Shown: one piece after another, positions 1 to 14,800 of the stretch
Layout: the number at the start of each line of letters is the position of its first letter
Numbering within the stretch: the first letter of the stretch is position 1
NCBI RefSeq assembly: GCF_963921235.1
Contig: NC_086108.1
Location: forward strand, 16,554,001-16,618,000
Direction: 5' to 3'
Length of the DNA: 64,000 bases
DNA from: Mobula hypostoma
Taxonomy: Eukaryota
The notes under the pieces: model-generated
What the model was told of the DNA's origin: nothing
The model's database searches: none
The model's input: only the letters and a program-made list of their open reading frames with translations
Position numbers and translations under genes: made by a program

Positions 1-90
1 GCACTAGATTCAGTGTAGAGGACATTCACCAGGATACTGCCTGGACTGGAGAATCTCTGGACCAATGAGAAACTGGAGGATTGGCAAAAT

Positions 91-1692
91 CATAGAAACC
101 ATAGAAACTACAGCACAGAAACAGGCCTTTTGGCCCTTCTTGGCTGTGCTGAACCATTTTCTGCCTAGTCCCACTGACCTGCACACGGACCATATCCCTC
201 CATACACCTCCCATCCATGTATCTGTCCAATTTATTCTTAAATGTTAAAAAAGAACCCGCATTTACCACCTCATCTGGCAGCTCATTCCATACTCCCACC
301 ACTCTCTGTGTGAAGAAGCCCCCCCTAATGTTCCCTTTAAACTTCTCCCCCCTCACCCTTAACCCATGTCCTCTGGTTTTTTTCTCCCCTTGCCTCAGTG
401 GAAAAAGCCTGCTTGCATTCACTCTATCTATACCCATCATAATTTTATATACCTCTATCAAATCTCCCCTCATTCTTCTACGCTCCAGGGAATAAAGTCC
501 TAACCTATTCAACCTTTCTCTGTAACTGAGTTTCTCAAGTCCCGGCAACATCCTTGTAAACCTTCTCTGCACTCTTTCAACCTTATTAATATCCTTCCTG
601 TAATTTGGTGACCAAAACTGAACACAATACTCCAGATTCGGCCTCACCAATGCCTTATACAACCTCATCATAACATTCCAGCTCTTATACTCAATACTTT
701 GATTAATAAAGGCCAATGTACCAAAAGCTCTCTTTACGACCCTATCTACCTGTGACGCCACTTTTAGGGAATTTTGTATCTGTATTCCCAGATCCCTCTG
801 TTCCACTGCACTCCTCAGTGCCTTACCATTAACCCTGTATGTTCTACGTTGGTTTGTCCTTCCAATGTGCAATACCTCACACTTGTTAGTATTAATCTCC
901 ATTTGCCATTTTTTAGCCCATTTTTCCAGCTGGTCCAAGTCCCTCTGCAGGCTCTGAAAACCTTCCTCACTGTCTACTACACCTCCAATCTTTGTATCAT
1001 CAGCAAACTTGCTAATCCAATTTACCACATTATCATCCAGATCATTGATATAGATGACAAATAACAATGGACCCAGCACTGATCCCTGTGGCACACCACT
1101 AGTCATAGGCCTCCACTCTGAGAAGCAATTCTCTACCACCACTCTCTGGCTTCTTCCATCGAGCCAATGTCTAATCCAATTTACCACCTCTCCATGTATA
1201 CCTAGCGACTGAATTTTCCTAACTAACCTCCCATGCGGGACCTTGTCAAAGGCCTTACTGAAGTCCACGTAGACAATATCCACTGCCTTCCCTTCATCCA
1301 CTTTCCTGGTAACCTCCTCGAAAAACTCCAATAGATTGGTCAAACATGACCTACCACGCACAAAGCCATGTTGACTCTCCCTAATAAGTCCCAGTCTATC
1401 CAAATGCTTGTAGATTCTCTCTCTTAGTACTCCCTCCAATAACTTACCTACTACCGACATTAAACTTACTGGCCTATAATTTCCTGGGTTACTTTTCAAT
1501 CCTTTTTTAAACAACGGAACAACATGAGCCACTCTCCAATCCTCCGGCACCTCACCTGTAGACAGCGACATTTTAAATATTTCAGCCAGGGCCCCTGCAA
1601 TTTCAACACTAGTCTCCTTCAAGGTCCAAGGGAACACCCTGTCAGGTCCCTGGGATTTATCCACTTTAATTTTCCTCAAGACAGCAAGGACT
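91..1692 (-). mobile_element. Young 5'-truncated CR1 LINE with open RT frame
   Basis: ORF 165-1715 has CR1 RT motifs ([41 protein letters not shown]). 3' tail reads catagaaac repeats on the plus strand. Confidence 0.95.
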
Positions 1693-2435
1693 TTAAAAAA
1701 ACAATGAACCACCAAGCAAGTTACAAGGAATGGGAAGATGGATTGTGAATATAAATTGGTACCAATTATAGAAACAATTTTTAATTATATAAGTCAGGTA
1801 AGGGTGGCTGGAGTGAACATAGGACTTTTGGAAGATGAGAAAGGAAACTAATATTGGGAATGTGGAAATGACTGAGGCCTTGAACAATAGTTGTGTCAGT
1901 CTTCATGGTGGAGGACGTGTAACATGGCAAAGAGAGATGTTAGTGTTGAAGTCAATTATGAAAGATGAGGTTTTGGGATACTTGGAGACTAATGGTAAAA
2001 TAAGTCAAAGTTTCTTTGAAGGGAAATCTTGCCTGATAAATCTGTTAGAGTTCTTTGAGGAAGTAACAAACAGGGTGGACAAAGGAGAGGTTGTGGATGT
2101 TATTTACTTGGATTTTCAGAAGGCATTTGATAAGGTGCCACACATGAGGCTGCTTAACAAGATAAAATCCTATAGCATTACAGGAAAGATACTGGCATGG
2201 ATAATGGAATTGCTGACAGGCAGGAGGCAGTGAATGGGAATTAAGGGGGCCTTTTCTGGTTGACATCCTGTGACTAGTGGTGTTCCTCAGGTGTCAATAT
2301 TGGAATTGCTATTTTTCACATTGTTTGTCAGTGATTTGGATAATGGAATTGATGGCTTTGTGGCAGAGTTTGTGGATGATACCAAGATAGATGGAGGGTT
2401 AGGTAGTGCTGAGGAAACAATGTGATTGTAATAGG

Positions 2436-3312
2436 TGTCACGTGATCGGCAACAATGAATTATCAATTGAGTCGGGTTTCATAAAAAACAAACAAACATT
2501 TATTAAACTCTGCTCAACAAATAGTGAAAAGTATTCAAACGACTAACATAACCAGAAGTTAACTGCTACATGGCAACTCTGGAACAGTTCTTAAAAGGGT
2601 AAATGCGAAAATAGTTCTTAAAGTGGTAAATTCAAACCCAGTCTTAAAATGGTAAATTCGAAAGTCCAAATGATTTACACAGTCAATAAAGACAGACTTC
2701 TCTGGAAATGGATTTCTTCAAAGACGTGATGTTACTGCTGATTCTCCAAAGGATTCACGACGAAGGAAATAATACGGCTTAAAGGAACTGACCTTTTCCT
2801 GGTGAGTGAACTCTGCACAACTTCCCTGCTCTTGCAGGAGTTATCTCAGATACGGGTCACTATATTATGAATGAATCCTCAATAAGGTCAATCCTTTATA
2901 AAGCTGCCGAACGACTCCAACTTTATTCTGATCCATCAGGTTCCCATCCTTTAATAAAGTCTTCACTCTCCAATACTACTGAAAAGGGAAAATTATATAT
3001 GCAACACACAAACCTGGCAGCAATTGGCGAAACTGCCAGAACCAATCTTTTCACCTTAAAATAGAAAGGAAAACTCCTTTTTAAAACAAAGCTGCATCAT
3101 GTCAAATACGCAGCATAACGGAGTAACTGATGAACTAACACAAAACTAAACTGAAAAACTAACTGTGTCACACCAGGGGTCTCCTTTATACCTGTTGAGA
3201 ACAGGTCATCATGTGACCTCACACTGACGGGAAAATTACATCATGTGACCTCTGCAAGACCATTACATCATGCTCATAAGACAGTCACAAGATATCCACG
3301 GGGTATGTAACA
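2436..3312 (-). mobile_element. Solo LTR (family A)
   Basis: TG...CA ends; 4-bp TSD tagg/cagg (1 mismatch) inside CR1; reverse-complement similarity to 60561-61442. Confidence 0.85.
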
Positions 3313-4075
3313 CAGGACTTAGACAAATTGGAAGAATGGGCAAAAAAGTGGCAGATGGAATACAGTGTTGGGAAATGTATGATAATGCATTTTGGTGAAA
3401 GAAGAAATAGTGCAGACTATTATTTAAATAGAGAGAAGGTTCAAACATCAGAGGTGCAGAAGGACTTAGGAATCCTCGTGCATGACTCCCAGAAGGTTAA
3501 TTTACAGGTTGAGTCTGTGGTAAAGAAGGCAAATGCAATGTTGGCATTTATTTCAAGGGGAATAGAATATAAAAGCAAACAGATAATGCCAAGGCTTTAC
3601 AAGACATTAACCAGGCTGCACTTGGAGTATTGTCAACAGTTTTGGGCCCCATATCTCAGAAAGGATGTGTTGTTATTGGAGAGAGTCCATAGGAGGTTCA
3701 CGAGGATGATTCAGGGAATGAAGAGGTTAACATATGAGGAGTGTTTGGCAGCTTTGGGCGGGCACTCACTAGAATTTAGAAGAATATGGCGGGGTGGGGG
3801 TGGGAATCACACTGAAACCTACCAAATTTTGAAAGGACTATATAGGGTGGAGGTGGAGAGGATGTCTCCTTTGGTGGGGGTATCCAGAACTAGAACAAAA
3901 TTGAGGGGCGACCTTTTAGAACAGAGGTAAGGAAGAATTTTTTAAGCCAGAGAGTAGTGAATTTGTGGGATGCTCTGTCAAGGTGGAGGTCAAGTCCGCT
4001 GGTATACTTAAGGCAGAAGTTGATAGTTTCCTGATCAGTCAGGGCATCAAAGGATATGGTGAGGTGGCAGGTGTA

Positions 4076-4365
4076 TCTTCTTCGGCTGTCCATCAATTTT
4101 CAATGTTGACTGAGGCCTGGGCAAGGTTGTATAAAAGACCGGCAGTTGCCTATGCTGCAAGTCTCCCCTCTCCACACTACCGACGTTGTCCAAGGGAAGG
4201 GTACTAGGGGTACTAGAACTCATACAGCTTGGCACCAGCGTCATTGCAGAGCAATGTGTGGTTAAGTGCTTGCTCAAGGACGCAGCACGCTGCCTCAGCT
4301 GAGGCTCGAACTAGCGACCTTCAGATTACTAGACCGACGCCTTAACCACTTGACCACGTGCCACA
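4076..4365 (-). mobile_element. tRNA-derived CORE-type SINE with (GAA)n tail
   Basis: A box TGGTCAAGTGG, B box GTTCGAGCC, CORE-like ccttgagcaagcacttaacc, short GAA tail. Confidence 0.75.
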
Positions 4366-4454
4366 CATGGTGTGTGGGGTTGAGCGGGATCTGGGATCAG
4401 CCATGATGCAGTGGCAGAGCAACTCGATGGGCGGAATGGCCTAATTCTGCTCCC

Positions 4455-6090
4455 ATGTCTTTTGGTCTAAGAGGAGACCAAGTGTAGTGTATTTAAGTTT
4501 GCTGATGGCACTAAATTGAGTGTAAAAGCAAATTATGCTGAGGATGTGGAGAGATATACCCGTATATAGATTGAGCAGGCAAGGGTCTGGGAGATAGAGT
4601 ACAACATCCACTTTGAAAGAGAAAATTAAAGTTATTATTTAAATAGTGAAAGATTCCATTGTGGAGAGACATTTGGGAGTGCTTGCGCATGAGTTTTAAA
4701 AGGTTGGTTTACAGGTGTAACAGATTATCAAGACAAATGGAATGTTGGCCTTCATTGCTAGAGGGATTGAATTTAAGTGTAGGGAGGTGAGGCAGCACCT
4801 GGAGTACTGCGTGCAGTTCTGATCTCTGTCTATGAGGGGAGATATACTGGCTCTGGAGGAGCTGCACAGGAGGTTCACCCGGTTGATCCTGGAGATAAGC
4901 GGATTAGCCTATGAGGAGAGATTGAATCAACTGGGATTATACTTGCTGGAATTCAGAATGAGAGGGTATCTTATAGAAATCTATGAAATTATGTAAAGAA
5001 TAGGTAAGATATAATCAGGAAAGATGTTTCCTCCATTAAGGGTGGCACGGTAGCATAATGGTTAGCACAATCATTTTACAGTGCCAGTGGGGTTTTGTTT
5101 TCCTTAACTGACTGGAAGGAGTTTGAATGTTCTCCCTGTGATTGTGTGGGCTTCCTCTGGGTGCTCCAGTTTCCTCCCACATTCCAAACATACATGGTTA
5201 TGGTTAGTGAGTTGGAGGCATACTATGGTGGCACCAGAAGCATGGCAACACTTGTGGGCTGCTCTCAGAACAATCCTCAGACTGTGTTGGTCACTGATGC
5301 AAAGTGCTGCACTTTATTGTACGTATGTTTTGATATACATCTTTCATATAAAACAAGTCTTTTCTTAAGTGAGATTAGAACTAGGGGATATGGCCTCAAG
5401 ATTCGGAGGAATAGATTTCAGACAGAGATGAGAAGAAACTGCTTTTCCTGGGAAAGCAGCAGAGGCTACCTCATTAAATACGTCTAAGACACAGATAGAT
5501 TTTTGTATAGTAGGGGAATTAAGGGTTATGGAAAAAAGGAGGTAGGTGGAGCTGAGTCCTCAGTCAGATCAGCACAATCTTATTGATTGGTGTAGCAGGT
5601 TCAACAGGCCAGATGGCCGACTCCTGCTCCTATTTCTTATGTTCTGAAAAGAACAGGTAATTGGGATGACCTTTTTTCTAGACAAACTTCCATAGAGCCA
5701 GGTATCTCTCTCTCAGAACTGTTACAGAGAAATTGGATCGGCTAGGCTTGTTTTCATTGGAGTGAAAGGATGAGAGGTGATCTGATAGAGGTAAATAAAA
5801 TTATGAGATAAGGTCTGCAGAATCTTTTTCACAGGGTGGGTATGTCAAAGACGTTTAAGATGAGAAGTTTTAAAGATTTCAGAGGTAATGTTTTTTTACA
5901 CTGTATTGTTAATATCTGGAACTGGCTGTCAGAGGAGGTGGTGCAATTAGATACAATTTAAGAGGAATTTACACAGGCACGAATAGACAAAGTAGGATAC
6001 AGACCTAATGAAGGCGAATGGGATTAGTATAGATGGAGACAGGTTCCAATGGGGATGAAGGGCTAAAAGGAACATTTCTGGTGCTGTAGT
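4455..6090 (+). mobile_element. Decayed CR1 3' fragments (two), the first interrupted by a V-SINE
   Basis: Degenerate CR1 RT C-terminal and 3' UTR sequence. Confidence 0.7.
5040..5355 (+). mobile_element. V-SINE-like tRNA-derived SINE
   Basis: tRNA-like head ggcacggtagcataatggttagcac; V-domain-like gttctccctgtg...gggtgctccagtttcctcccac. Confidence 0.7.
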
Positions 6091-8879
6091 TCATAGTAAC
6101 AGAACATCCTGAGTTTATAGCACATTGGAAACCATATGGATGTGATAGAAACAACCATAACTGATACTCCCCCTTTCTCCATTCAGTCCTTTAAAGCACA
6201 TTTGTTCACTGCCTTTTTTTTTAACAATGCTTCACCTATCCTGCTGCCTAATGAGAATCCCACAGAGTGGCTGTCTGATAACATTTGGTTAGTGTTTGAC
6301 GGTTGTGGTAGGGGAGTTTATCCTGTTTCTAGGCTCTGAAAAATCAATTCTTAAAAAGTTTCTTTAAATACTGATCCTCCCCCAACCCTCCTGCAACAGC
6401 AGCAGGCAAAGCCATGTGTGACCAGGCCAATTATTACAATTCCCATTTCAGGAGCAAAGTTTTATTTCAGAACTAACGGCAAACAATTTGCAATAGTAAA
6501 AATCCCGCTCAGCAGAATAAGATGCAGAGACGGTACAAAATGAAATTTCACAAGGTTTAACACCAAGACTAAAACCAAACCTTCTCCCATTGTCACATTC
6601 ACACCTCTGGGATGGAGGGAGATTGTTGGGATCAGTGACAAGGCCAGTCCAGGATAACATAACATTAGCCAGCAACTAATTAAATGAACACAGATGACAT
6701 CACATCAATTCTTATTTAAAACAAGCAGCACTGGGTACAGTAAGATAAATATCAGAATGTGATATATAAAACCCATCATGATCATCTCCATCTTGTGCTA
6801 AACATTTACAACCCATTTAATTTGAGGAAATAGATGTTCCTTACTGGCCATCTCCCTGTTCTGGAACTTGATTAATAAGATGAGGTGAAAGGAGTCTTCC
6901 AGTAATTGACATCAAAAGTGAAATGGATATCACACTCTGACATCTTACATCTGCTCTGATTATTTATAAATAAAAATCAACGTCACCCCAAACTTCTTAT
7001 ACTGTGTAAGGAGAACATATTGGTGAACCAATAAAGAGAAACAGTATCATTTCTGAGAGTTGAGTGGGAAAGGATTGGAAAGTCTACATAATCAAAATGA
7101 AACTAACACAAGCAAAGTGGCCTTAACATAGATCTCTGTAAATTGGAGTCAATACTGATCTCTGTTCAAACAAACATTGTACAAACTTTGTACGAACAAA
7201 CATTAATTGCAGCAATGCTGAAACCCTCACATTTACATTGTGACCTTGTGAATTTTCTGGTGGGCAGTATCAATTTGGCAAAAAAACCCCAGAAAACTTT
7301 GTCTTTTAAATCATATGAAACCAGAACATTGAGAGAGGGTAAATGTGGCATTTGAAAGAGTACGGGTGCACTTTAAAACAGGGAACACATGCAGTATACA
7401 ACTCCAAGTCAGGCAGATAAACCATTGAATGATCTGGATTAAAGGTTGCCATTCATCCCAGGTACTGTATTGAGGTGCAGTCACACTGCAAATGCAGTAA
7501 TGGTGCAGCCTTAAGAAGCTCTTGGATAAACAAGGATGCTAGTGAACTGGACAAAGGCAACAGTGGCAATGACAGCCTTAGTATTTGATACAGAAGGCCA
7601 AAAACCAAGCAGAATATTGCATCTGTTCTTTCAGTCAGAGGAAGTAGAGGAAAAGATGGACAGAGACCAGAGAAAATGGGAGAGGAGAGGGAATGTTCTG
7701 ATAATATTAGGTTTCCATTTGGTCACTTCACTGGCAATGGGCCAGCAATGATATTTGCCACATTAAGCTGCAACATTTAATGATATCAAATAATAGCCAG
7801 AAAAAGACAATTTGATCTCAGAGGAGAGTTTTCCTAAGGACACAACTTTCCTATTGTCTTAGTTAATACTGATCTCCATTCATTGATATTTTGTACAAAC
7901 ACTGATTGCAGCAATGCTGAAACCCTCATATTTACATTGTGACCTTGTGAATTTTCTGGTGGGCAGTATCAATTTTTCTTAGTCAATGGGTAGACAGCAA
8001 TCGCAAAAATTTCCAGGAGAAACAGATCCTCTAATGTCGATTGCAATGTCTGCCCTCCTTGGATCATAACTGAGTCTAACACCAGCAACTCAACCTTCCC
8101 TGCCAATATTTTAGCAGCACCCAGCTCTTACCGATGGGGCCATACAAATATGAGGATGTGTTGGTTACAATGTCTCATATGGTTCTTTTAAATATTTACA
8201 ATTCGTCAATTCTATTCAAGGATTAAGGCAGAGGAGTGGAAGGATGTGTTGAGATGGGGCAGGAGATACAAGGAGCTGTTGGGCTGAACACCTTTCCTAT
8301 GCTGCAAACTAAAAGCTGTTTATCAATATTCCGAATTTTAGGAGTTGCTTTCCTTTAATCAAGATCTGGTGTTTCTTTCTGCAAGATTCTTATTTTCCTT
8401 TCAATACGTTGGAGGTTGAAAAACAGATGTCAAACCAACTTATTTGTATCAGTGGTTGTCCATGTTTGATTGCTTAGTAGATCTTGGAGGGTAACAGTTT
8501 ATTATTCTTCATGGTGAGCATGGACAGTAATTTGAAGCACTAAAGCCCAATAGAGGAAGAGCAAAAGGAACTGGGGCAGATAAGAGGTGTAACCTTGCAT
8601 GGGTTTGCTTTTGGAGTTCAGGCAACTGTTGATATTGGTACCAATGAAGAAAAAGTGGTGATGGGAAATGGTTGAGTGGTTCACCCTTCTTATTAGAAGT
8701 GTTAGTACATTCAGAACTAGTAACTAAGCAATGCAAGTACCAGAGCAATGTTAAAGTTGGATACCTTTTAAACGAGGTATATAGTGTTAAGCAAAATCAT
8801 GTCAACTTACAATTTTCACAAAGAAACACAGTCGGGAGTAAAGTAAAAGAAAATGGAGTTGTATATTTCAAATGTTCCC

Positions 8880-11800
8880 TATGAAAAGAAAAACAAAGTT
8901 GTTTATTAAACTAAATGCCAAGACTGTGGCGTACACAGAAATAACTTGAGATCTTCAGGCACCATCAGAATACAGAGCAGAAAAACCAGTCACCATTTTA
9001 CAAACACTTCCATTAAAGGGAGATGGAGAATAGGTATCTTTCTCCAAGATCAACACTTAAACCACAGAAATCTATTTAGCATCTATCTTTCACATACATC
9101 AATTATCACAATGTACATCGTCCACAGGGCACGCCACAGACTACAAAGACTGCATTGCAAGCTTTGCTATTACATTATGGAATTGCAAGCAACTAGTCAG
9201 CAACAGTGAGAGGAACAAGAAAAGAGGGCACCAACATAAGACTAATTACATTCCACATTCACTTCATTTAATTAACAGGACTTGAAAGCATCATACTACC
9301 AATGTACTGCGGGCAGGTAAAAGCTACTGTACATTTCAAACGTGAAATAGTGTCCTTTCAAAATGGACAAAATATCCAAGGATACAAATATACGTACATA
9401 TAGATATAAAACACTATAAAGGACTGTCGTGTTGGTGTTTTCATATCTGTTCATAATGTGGGCTTTGAACTTTGGTCGTGGAAGCCAAGCTGTTCCAGAA
9501 AATGGTGACCCTGCGACCTAGCAAAGGGCTACAAAAGTAAGAAATACAATGCTACTTTTTAACTATGTTGCCTTAACATGAACATATTATACCTGTCTGT
9601 TCAGGGAAACTGATCTAGATCTGAAATGATATAAGAAAATCATTAATAGAATTAATATACACCATCCCCTTTCTGGTGTACCAGTTTTGAGAGTTGTTCC
9701 CTCAGTTTTATTGGAGTTATTATTACTCTGGTTAAGATGCAACTAGCTGTCATAATATAAAATTGAAAACAGTTCAGCTTGACAATTAAAGGGTGATTAT
9801 TATTAAATGTTGTTACTGATTTTTGTTCAAAAGTAAAATAAGGTTTAATGAATGAACATGAACATGGAGGAGGATCATATCATTTAATGCTCATTTCCTC
9901 CCTCCAGTTAAGATTTTCGGCAGAGTACAATCACATTTAATTGTCTGTGCATTATTAGTGTGTTAGGAGATGGAAGCTCCAGATAGGAGCAATAAAATCC
10001 CTGTGTGACTACATAATATGTCCTGCGCGAGATAGCCCTGAAGAGAACTCTCTTCATCTATAACTCCATACCCTTTGATACAGCATGCACAGGAATTCAA
10101 CCATCAGTTGGATTACCTTGTGAGCCCACAGATGAATAGGACAGGTTGAGTATTTGAAGTGTAAAGGGAACAGCAGTGACCAACTATGATCAGCCCTGGG
10201 AGAAATCTGTGTGATACATCAGCATGTGAGCAGTATCATAAAAGGTTTAGGACTGCTCCAGTGTTGTATAAAATCCAGTATTGGTAGCAAATAGATGTTT
10301 GTAGAGCATCTTTTACAGTTTCAGGATATCCTAAAACTGTTTACATCCAATGAAGTAACTTTGGAATGTCATCACACTTGTAAAATACAGAGGAACTAAT
10401 TCTGTTGGACATTGATAAAATCTTAGATCATTAGTGTTTGTATTATTAAAGCAATGGGATCCTTAAAACTAAACTAACCCAACTGAGTGAAACTGGTCCA
10501 AATGATTTAAGAGCAAAACAAAGCAGCAGATGCTGAAAATACAGAATAAAAACAGAAGATGCTGTATATTTGCAGTTGGTGACAGGACTTGTTGAGAGAG
10601 AGAGAGAGAGATTTAATGTTTCAGTTTGATGAATAGCTGATGAAAGGTCATTGGCCTGAAACAACTTTGTTTCTTGCTCTCCCCACCTGACCTGCTGTGT
10701 ATTTCCAGCATTCTTGTTTTTCATTCATTGTTCTAACTCGAGCAATTTTATTTTGGCATTGACTACATATCACAATTATTTAATATCTTTATCTGATCAA
10801 ATTTAAACAATATTAAAGTAACATGTTTAAATGAGAGCCCAAAGCCTTATCACTTAGCTCAAAAAATTGTGTTCAATTTCTATTGATTCTTAGGATTGCG
10901 TGCAAGGACTGACTAATCCTAGCAATGACCAAAGCCAGCAGCGCAATACAAATGAACTGTGAGATGGTGCCACAGTCTGATGTGCTCTCAGAGTGGCATT
11001 ATGGAAAGCTCTAATTTGATGATTCAGGTCTGCAGATTTCCTCTAGGATCATATTTCTTTGAACTAAACTCCAGCACCATGGTGATTCTCATTGTGAATC
11101 TTGCAAACTAATAGAAAATATAGTAAATAACTCAAAATAAATTCATCAAAAAAGTGGAGCTATTTTGACCTAGAATGTGCCAGTTACATTTTAAGGATAA
11201 CAGTCTGAGAACACATCTTCTTACAAGAAGTGTGAACCTGGTTTGTCACAAGCAAGCTGATAGGTACCAGAACAACTCCCAGTCATGGTCTTCTGGTATA
11301 TATTTTAACCATCTCCAAGACCACTTGTCTTTTGACCTGAGTACTGCAATAAAGTTCAGGAGGTGCAGTGTATTTGCTGAGACAACTACAGAGTTATTTG
11401 TGTTGCAGGCAATGTGGGAATGGCAGGAGAGTATGAGGGGAAGTGCCCAATGCACACACCAAGTCAACGATCCTTGAGAAGTACACCTGGTTTATAAAAA
11501 GGGGAATGTGTGAACAAAAGAGGGGTGTAGGGAATTTTACAGCACAGTGTCAGTGGCCGTTGATTTGTCTCTTGTAGAAATCAGGTCTCTTTCCATCTTA
11601 ATTAACTATTAAGTTGTAAGTGGGTCCATGCCAAATATTCAAACTGATTTCAGCCTCATCGGTGAAGTAGAAGTGAGCCCTGACACTCTACCTCTCCTAC
11701 CACCCTGCAGGCTAACAGTGAACTCCTGATAATACAGTGGTGGACTCCAGCACTGAAGGTGGCTGCCTCCATCTTCCCTCAGTTCTCTGTGTGCTCAACT

Positions 11801-14800
11801 TTGTATACAATGATTGTACATTTGCAGCTTGCATGTTCTTCAGACACCAAATAAAACTACAATTCATTATCCTGCTCATCCTATGCTCTAGAACACAGAC
11901 GCAGAGTAAAATAAAGCACAAATGCCCCATCAAGTTAGAAGACATAACAGCCCAATCTCAATGCAGTTTTGATGCAATTAAATATTTTTTGCGTGGTTAA
12001 AGACAGATTAGAGAGGAATATAATCATTGAAAGACACTGTACTGGTCTGTTGTTAGAGCACAACTTGGCCTCTCTGATCCTGATGCTAGAGACAGCTATC
12101 ATCTGAAATTATTCAAAGTCTGCACCCAAAACCCCACTGATGTGAGAAATCCAGTTTTTTCCCTGGATGACTGCATCAGCATTAGAGCAACAGTATCAAA
12201 GACCAGAAGTAAAAGACTGGTATCCTAATAACTGTCCCAGCTGGAGTACTAGGACTGGTGAAGGCATTAGTACCAGAGGTTCCCTGTTGGACACACCTTT
12301 TATATTAATGTGCTCTGATATAAAAGTATTTCCTTCATCACATAATACTGCAGCTTCACATTGCCATCAAATGAGAGGGACAGGAGGTCTTTTTGGTTCA
12401 GTGTGCTCATCAACTTTGCCACTAGTCCATGTTCTTTCCCATTGCATCACAAGTGTTCCAGAGTCTGCTTTCATAGAGTCCTTGATAAACAAGGACCTGG
12501 GTAAGAACTATTTCCTACAAAGCCTTTATTAATTAAGGTGCCAAGAAAATAGAAAGAATATTAATAGATGAATTGCATTGTTTAATTAGAAACACATTTC
12601 CTTAAAAACTCTGAAAGCAACTTACAGCAACATTGGTCCACCTGCCTGATGCTGAGCATCCTGAAGACCAAGACATTAAAGTCCAAAGCTCCGCGGCTTG
12701 ATTCTACTGCTAATTTACAAATTATGGCCAGATTGGAAATTAAACTCTGAATTGCAAGAGAGTGTGGAGTGGGAGCATTGTTGCACAGTTTCCATGCAGA
12801 GGAGCAAGGAGAAAGGCCACCACAGCTTTCTCTTCAAAAGGCTGGGTCAATAGGCTGAGTGCATGGTCAGGGCAGAGCCTATGTTTCAACACTTTGAATG
12901 TGTGCTTGCTAGTTGGGCTTGTTGGGGCCTTCTTAACATACCTTCTGAAAGCAAGTCTGAGTCAACAGTACATGCCAAGAATCAGGCAAGTGAATTAATA
13001 AATGGATTATCATTAACTGCAAGCAAACAGACCACTGAGCCAATAAAAAAATCTGTGCTTGATCCCGGAATTCAAAGCCTTCTGGTTACAACTATGATAG
13101 CTATTCCCCAAGACATTGGTCAAATAAACATCATTGTGTGGGTGAAAGGACCAGCTAACTGTGCAGGGAGTTGAGACTACCATTGATTTTTGAGTGTTTG
13201 ATGCCATGTTTTCTTGCTGGAGCCAGCAGTGCCATTTTGAAGTGCAAAAATACACACAGCATAATGTCATACCAGATACTAACAAAAACTATCTTTGGGA
13301 GCAGAATGCAACCTCCAACAGGGGGCAAAGAAACCACAACTCAGTTTATTCTGCTTTCTCAAATTAATAATGACTGCCTTCTATTTAATTATCTATTAAA
13401 ATGAAACAATAACTAAAAATGATTATTATTTTGTGGAGTTATATTTTGGGTTATGTGATCGAAGAAGTTAATATCTTGTTAATTTAATACAGTGTGAGTG
13501 CTCACTAAACTTACTGTAATAGAATAGCATCAAATTTAATGTATGACATTGACCTTCTTCCCAAAGTGATGTGCTATTGGACTGTCAGGATGTTGAATTA
13601 TCCCAACTGTGGACAATTCAGTTGTCTATACACCCCTGCAACTCTTTTCATTTTCTGTAATCATCCACTGTTGTTGGACTCCTATCTTGAAAGTGCACAT
13701 TGCATTCCCAAGCATCACGAGTTCCTGAATGGGATGGTTGGGACAGCCTTGTTGCAAGTGGCTCTGCACTCTGAAATAGGTCAAGCCAGTCATCCATTGC
13801 ACACTTTGTTATGTTTCAGTTGAAAGGACCAACATCAGCATTAAGGCTCAGATCAGCTCCTCAAATGGGTGGGCTACATTGTCCATGTGCCTGACATCAG
13901 ATTGCTGAAACAAACAGAATGCTTGGTGCTGTTTGTGGGAAGAGGTTTGCAGAAGCTTCATGGGTGTTTTCAAAGTTTATAACATCATCACTAACTCATG
14001 GGAATCCTTCATATATGACTCCTAAAAAGGGAACAGCACCACCAGCGGCATATGGACTTTCAAGATACTATAACAAAAGCAGCTCTCTCACAAACAACCC
14101 AGCTGTCTGTCCCATCAATCATCCTGACCCCTGGGCAGAGCTCACAGATCCATACACAGGATTCAATCAGCTCAGAATGCAGAGAGCTGTGTGAAAGGAA
14201 GTTATCCCCTGCTCCAGTGATGACTAAGGAGCAGCAAGGTACACTGGAATCATGGATAACGTTTGCTAAAGGCAACTTTAGATTTTTACGTGAAGAGCCC
14301 CATTGTCCAGTAGTGAAGGCATCTTGTTACTCTCGCATTGTCTATGATAACGGTAGGAAGAACCAAGAAATTGTGGACAGAACACAAGAAAAATAACTTA
14401 AGTGTTTTAAACCTTTCAGAAATCAGATAAATGTGCTGAGGCATCTTTTATCCCCAATTGCCCTCACCCTTTCCAGATTTTTCAGACTATTCTTTTCTGG
14501 CTGGTTGGGAATACATTAACTGTGATGACTGGGAGTCATGGACTCAAGAGCAATGATCTGTTCCCTAACCAAAGAAATACAGGCTGTCAAAAACACTGCA
14601 AGTCAAAGGAATCATTGAATATCTATGAAATTTAGCACAACTGTCATATCATTGCTGGCGCATCAAGACAATATGAAAACCCAAAGCAGTGTACTCTTCA
14701 GAGCAGATCAGTCTATGGCTAGAGAGTTCCTTATATCTGCAGTGCCAAAACTACAGACATGATCAATGCTATTGTATTTGATTCTGTATTTTGATTCATA

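Larger units (their letters stand above)
1830..4450 (+). mobile_element. Older CR1 LINE interrupted by a solo LTR and a SINE
   Basis: ORFs 1835-2233 and 3328-3930 carry decayed CR1 RT; the sequence rejoins across the 2436-3312 and 4076-4365 insertions. Confidence 0.85.

Noticed and set aside
10610..10725. ctgatgaaaggtcattggcctgaaac hammerhead-like motif
   Set aside because: Old Penelope terminus remnant; the cleavage triplet and stem I are lost.
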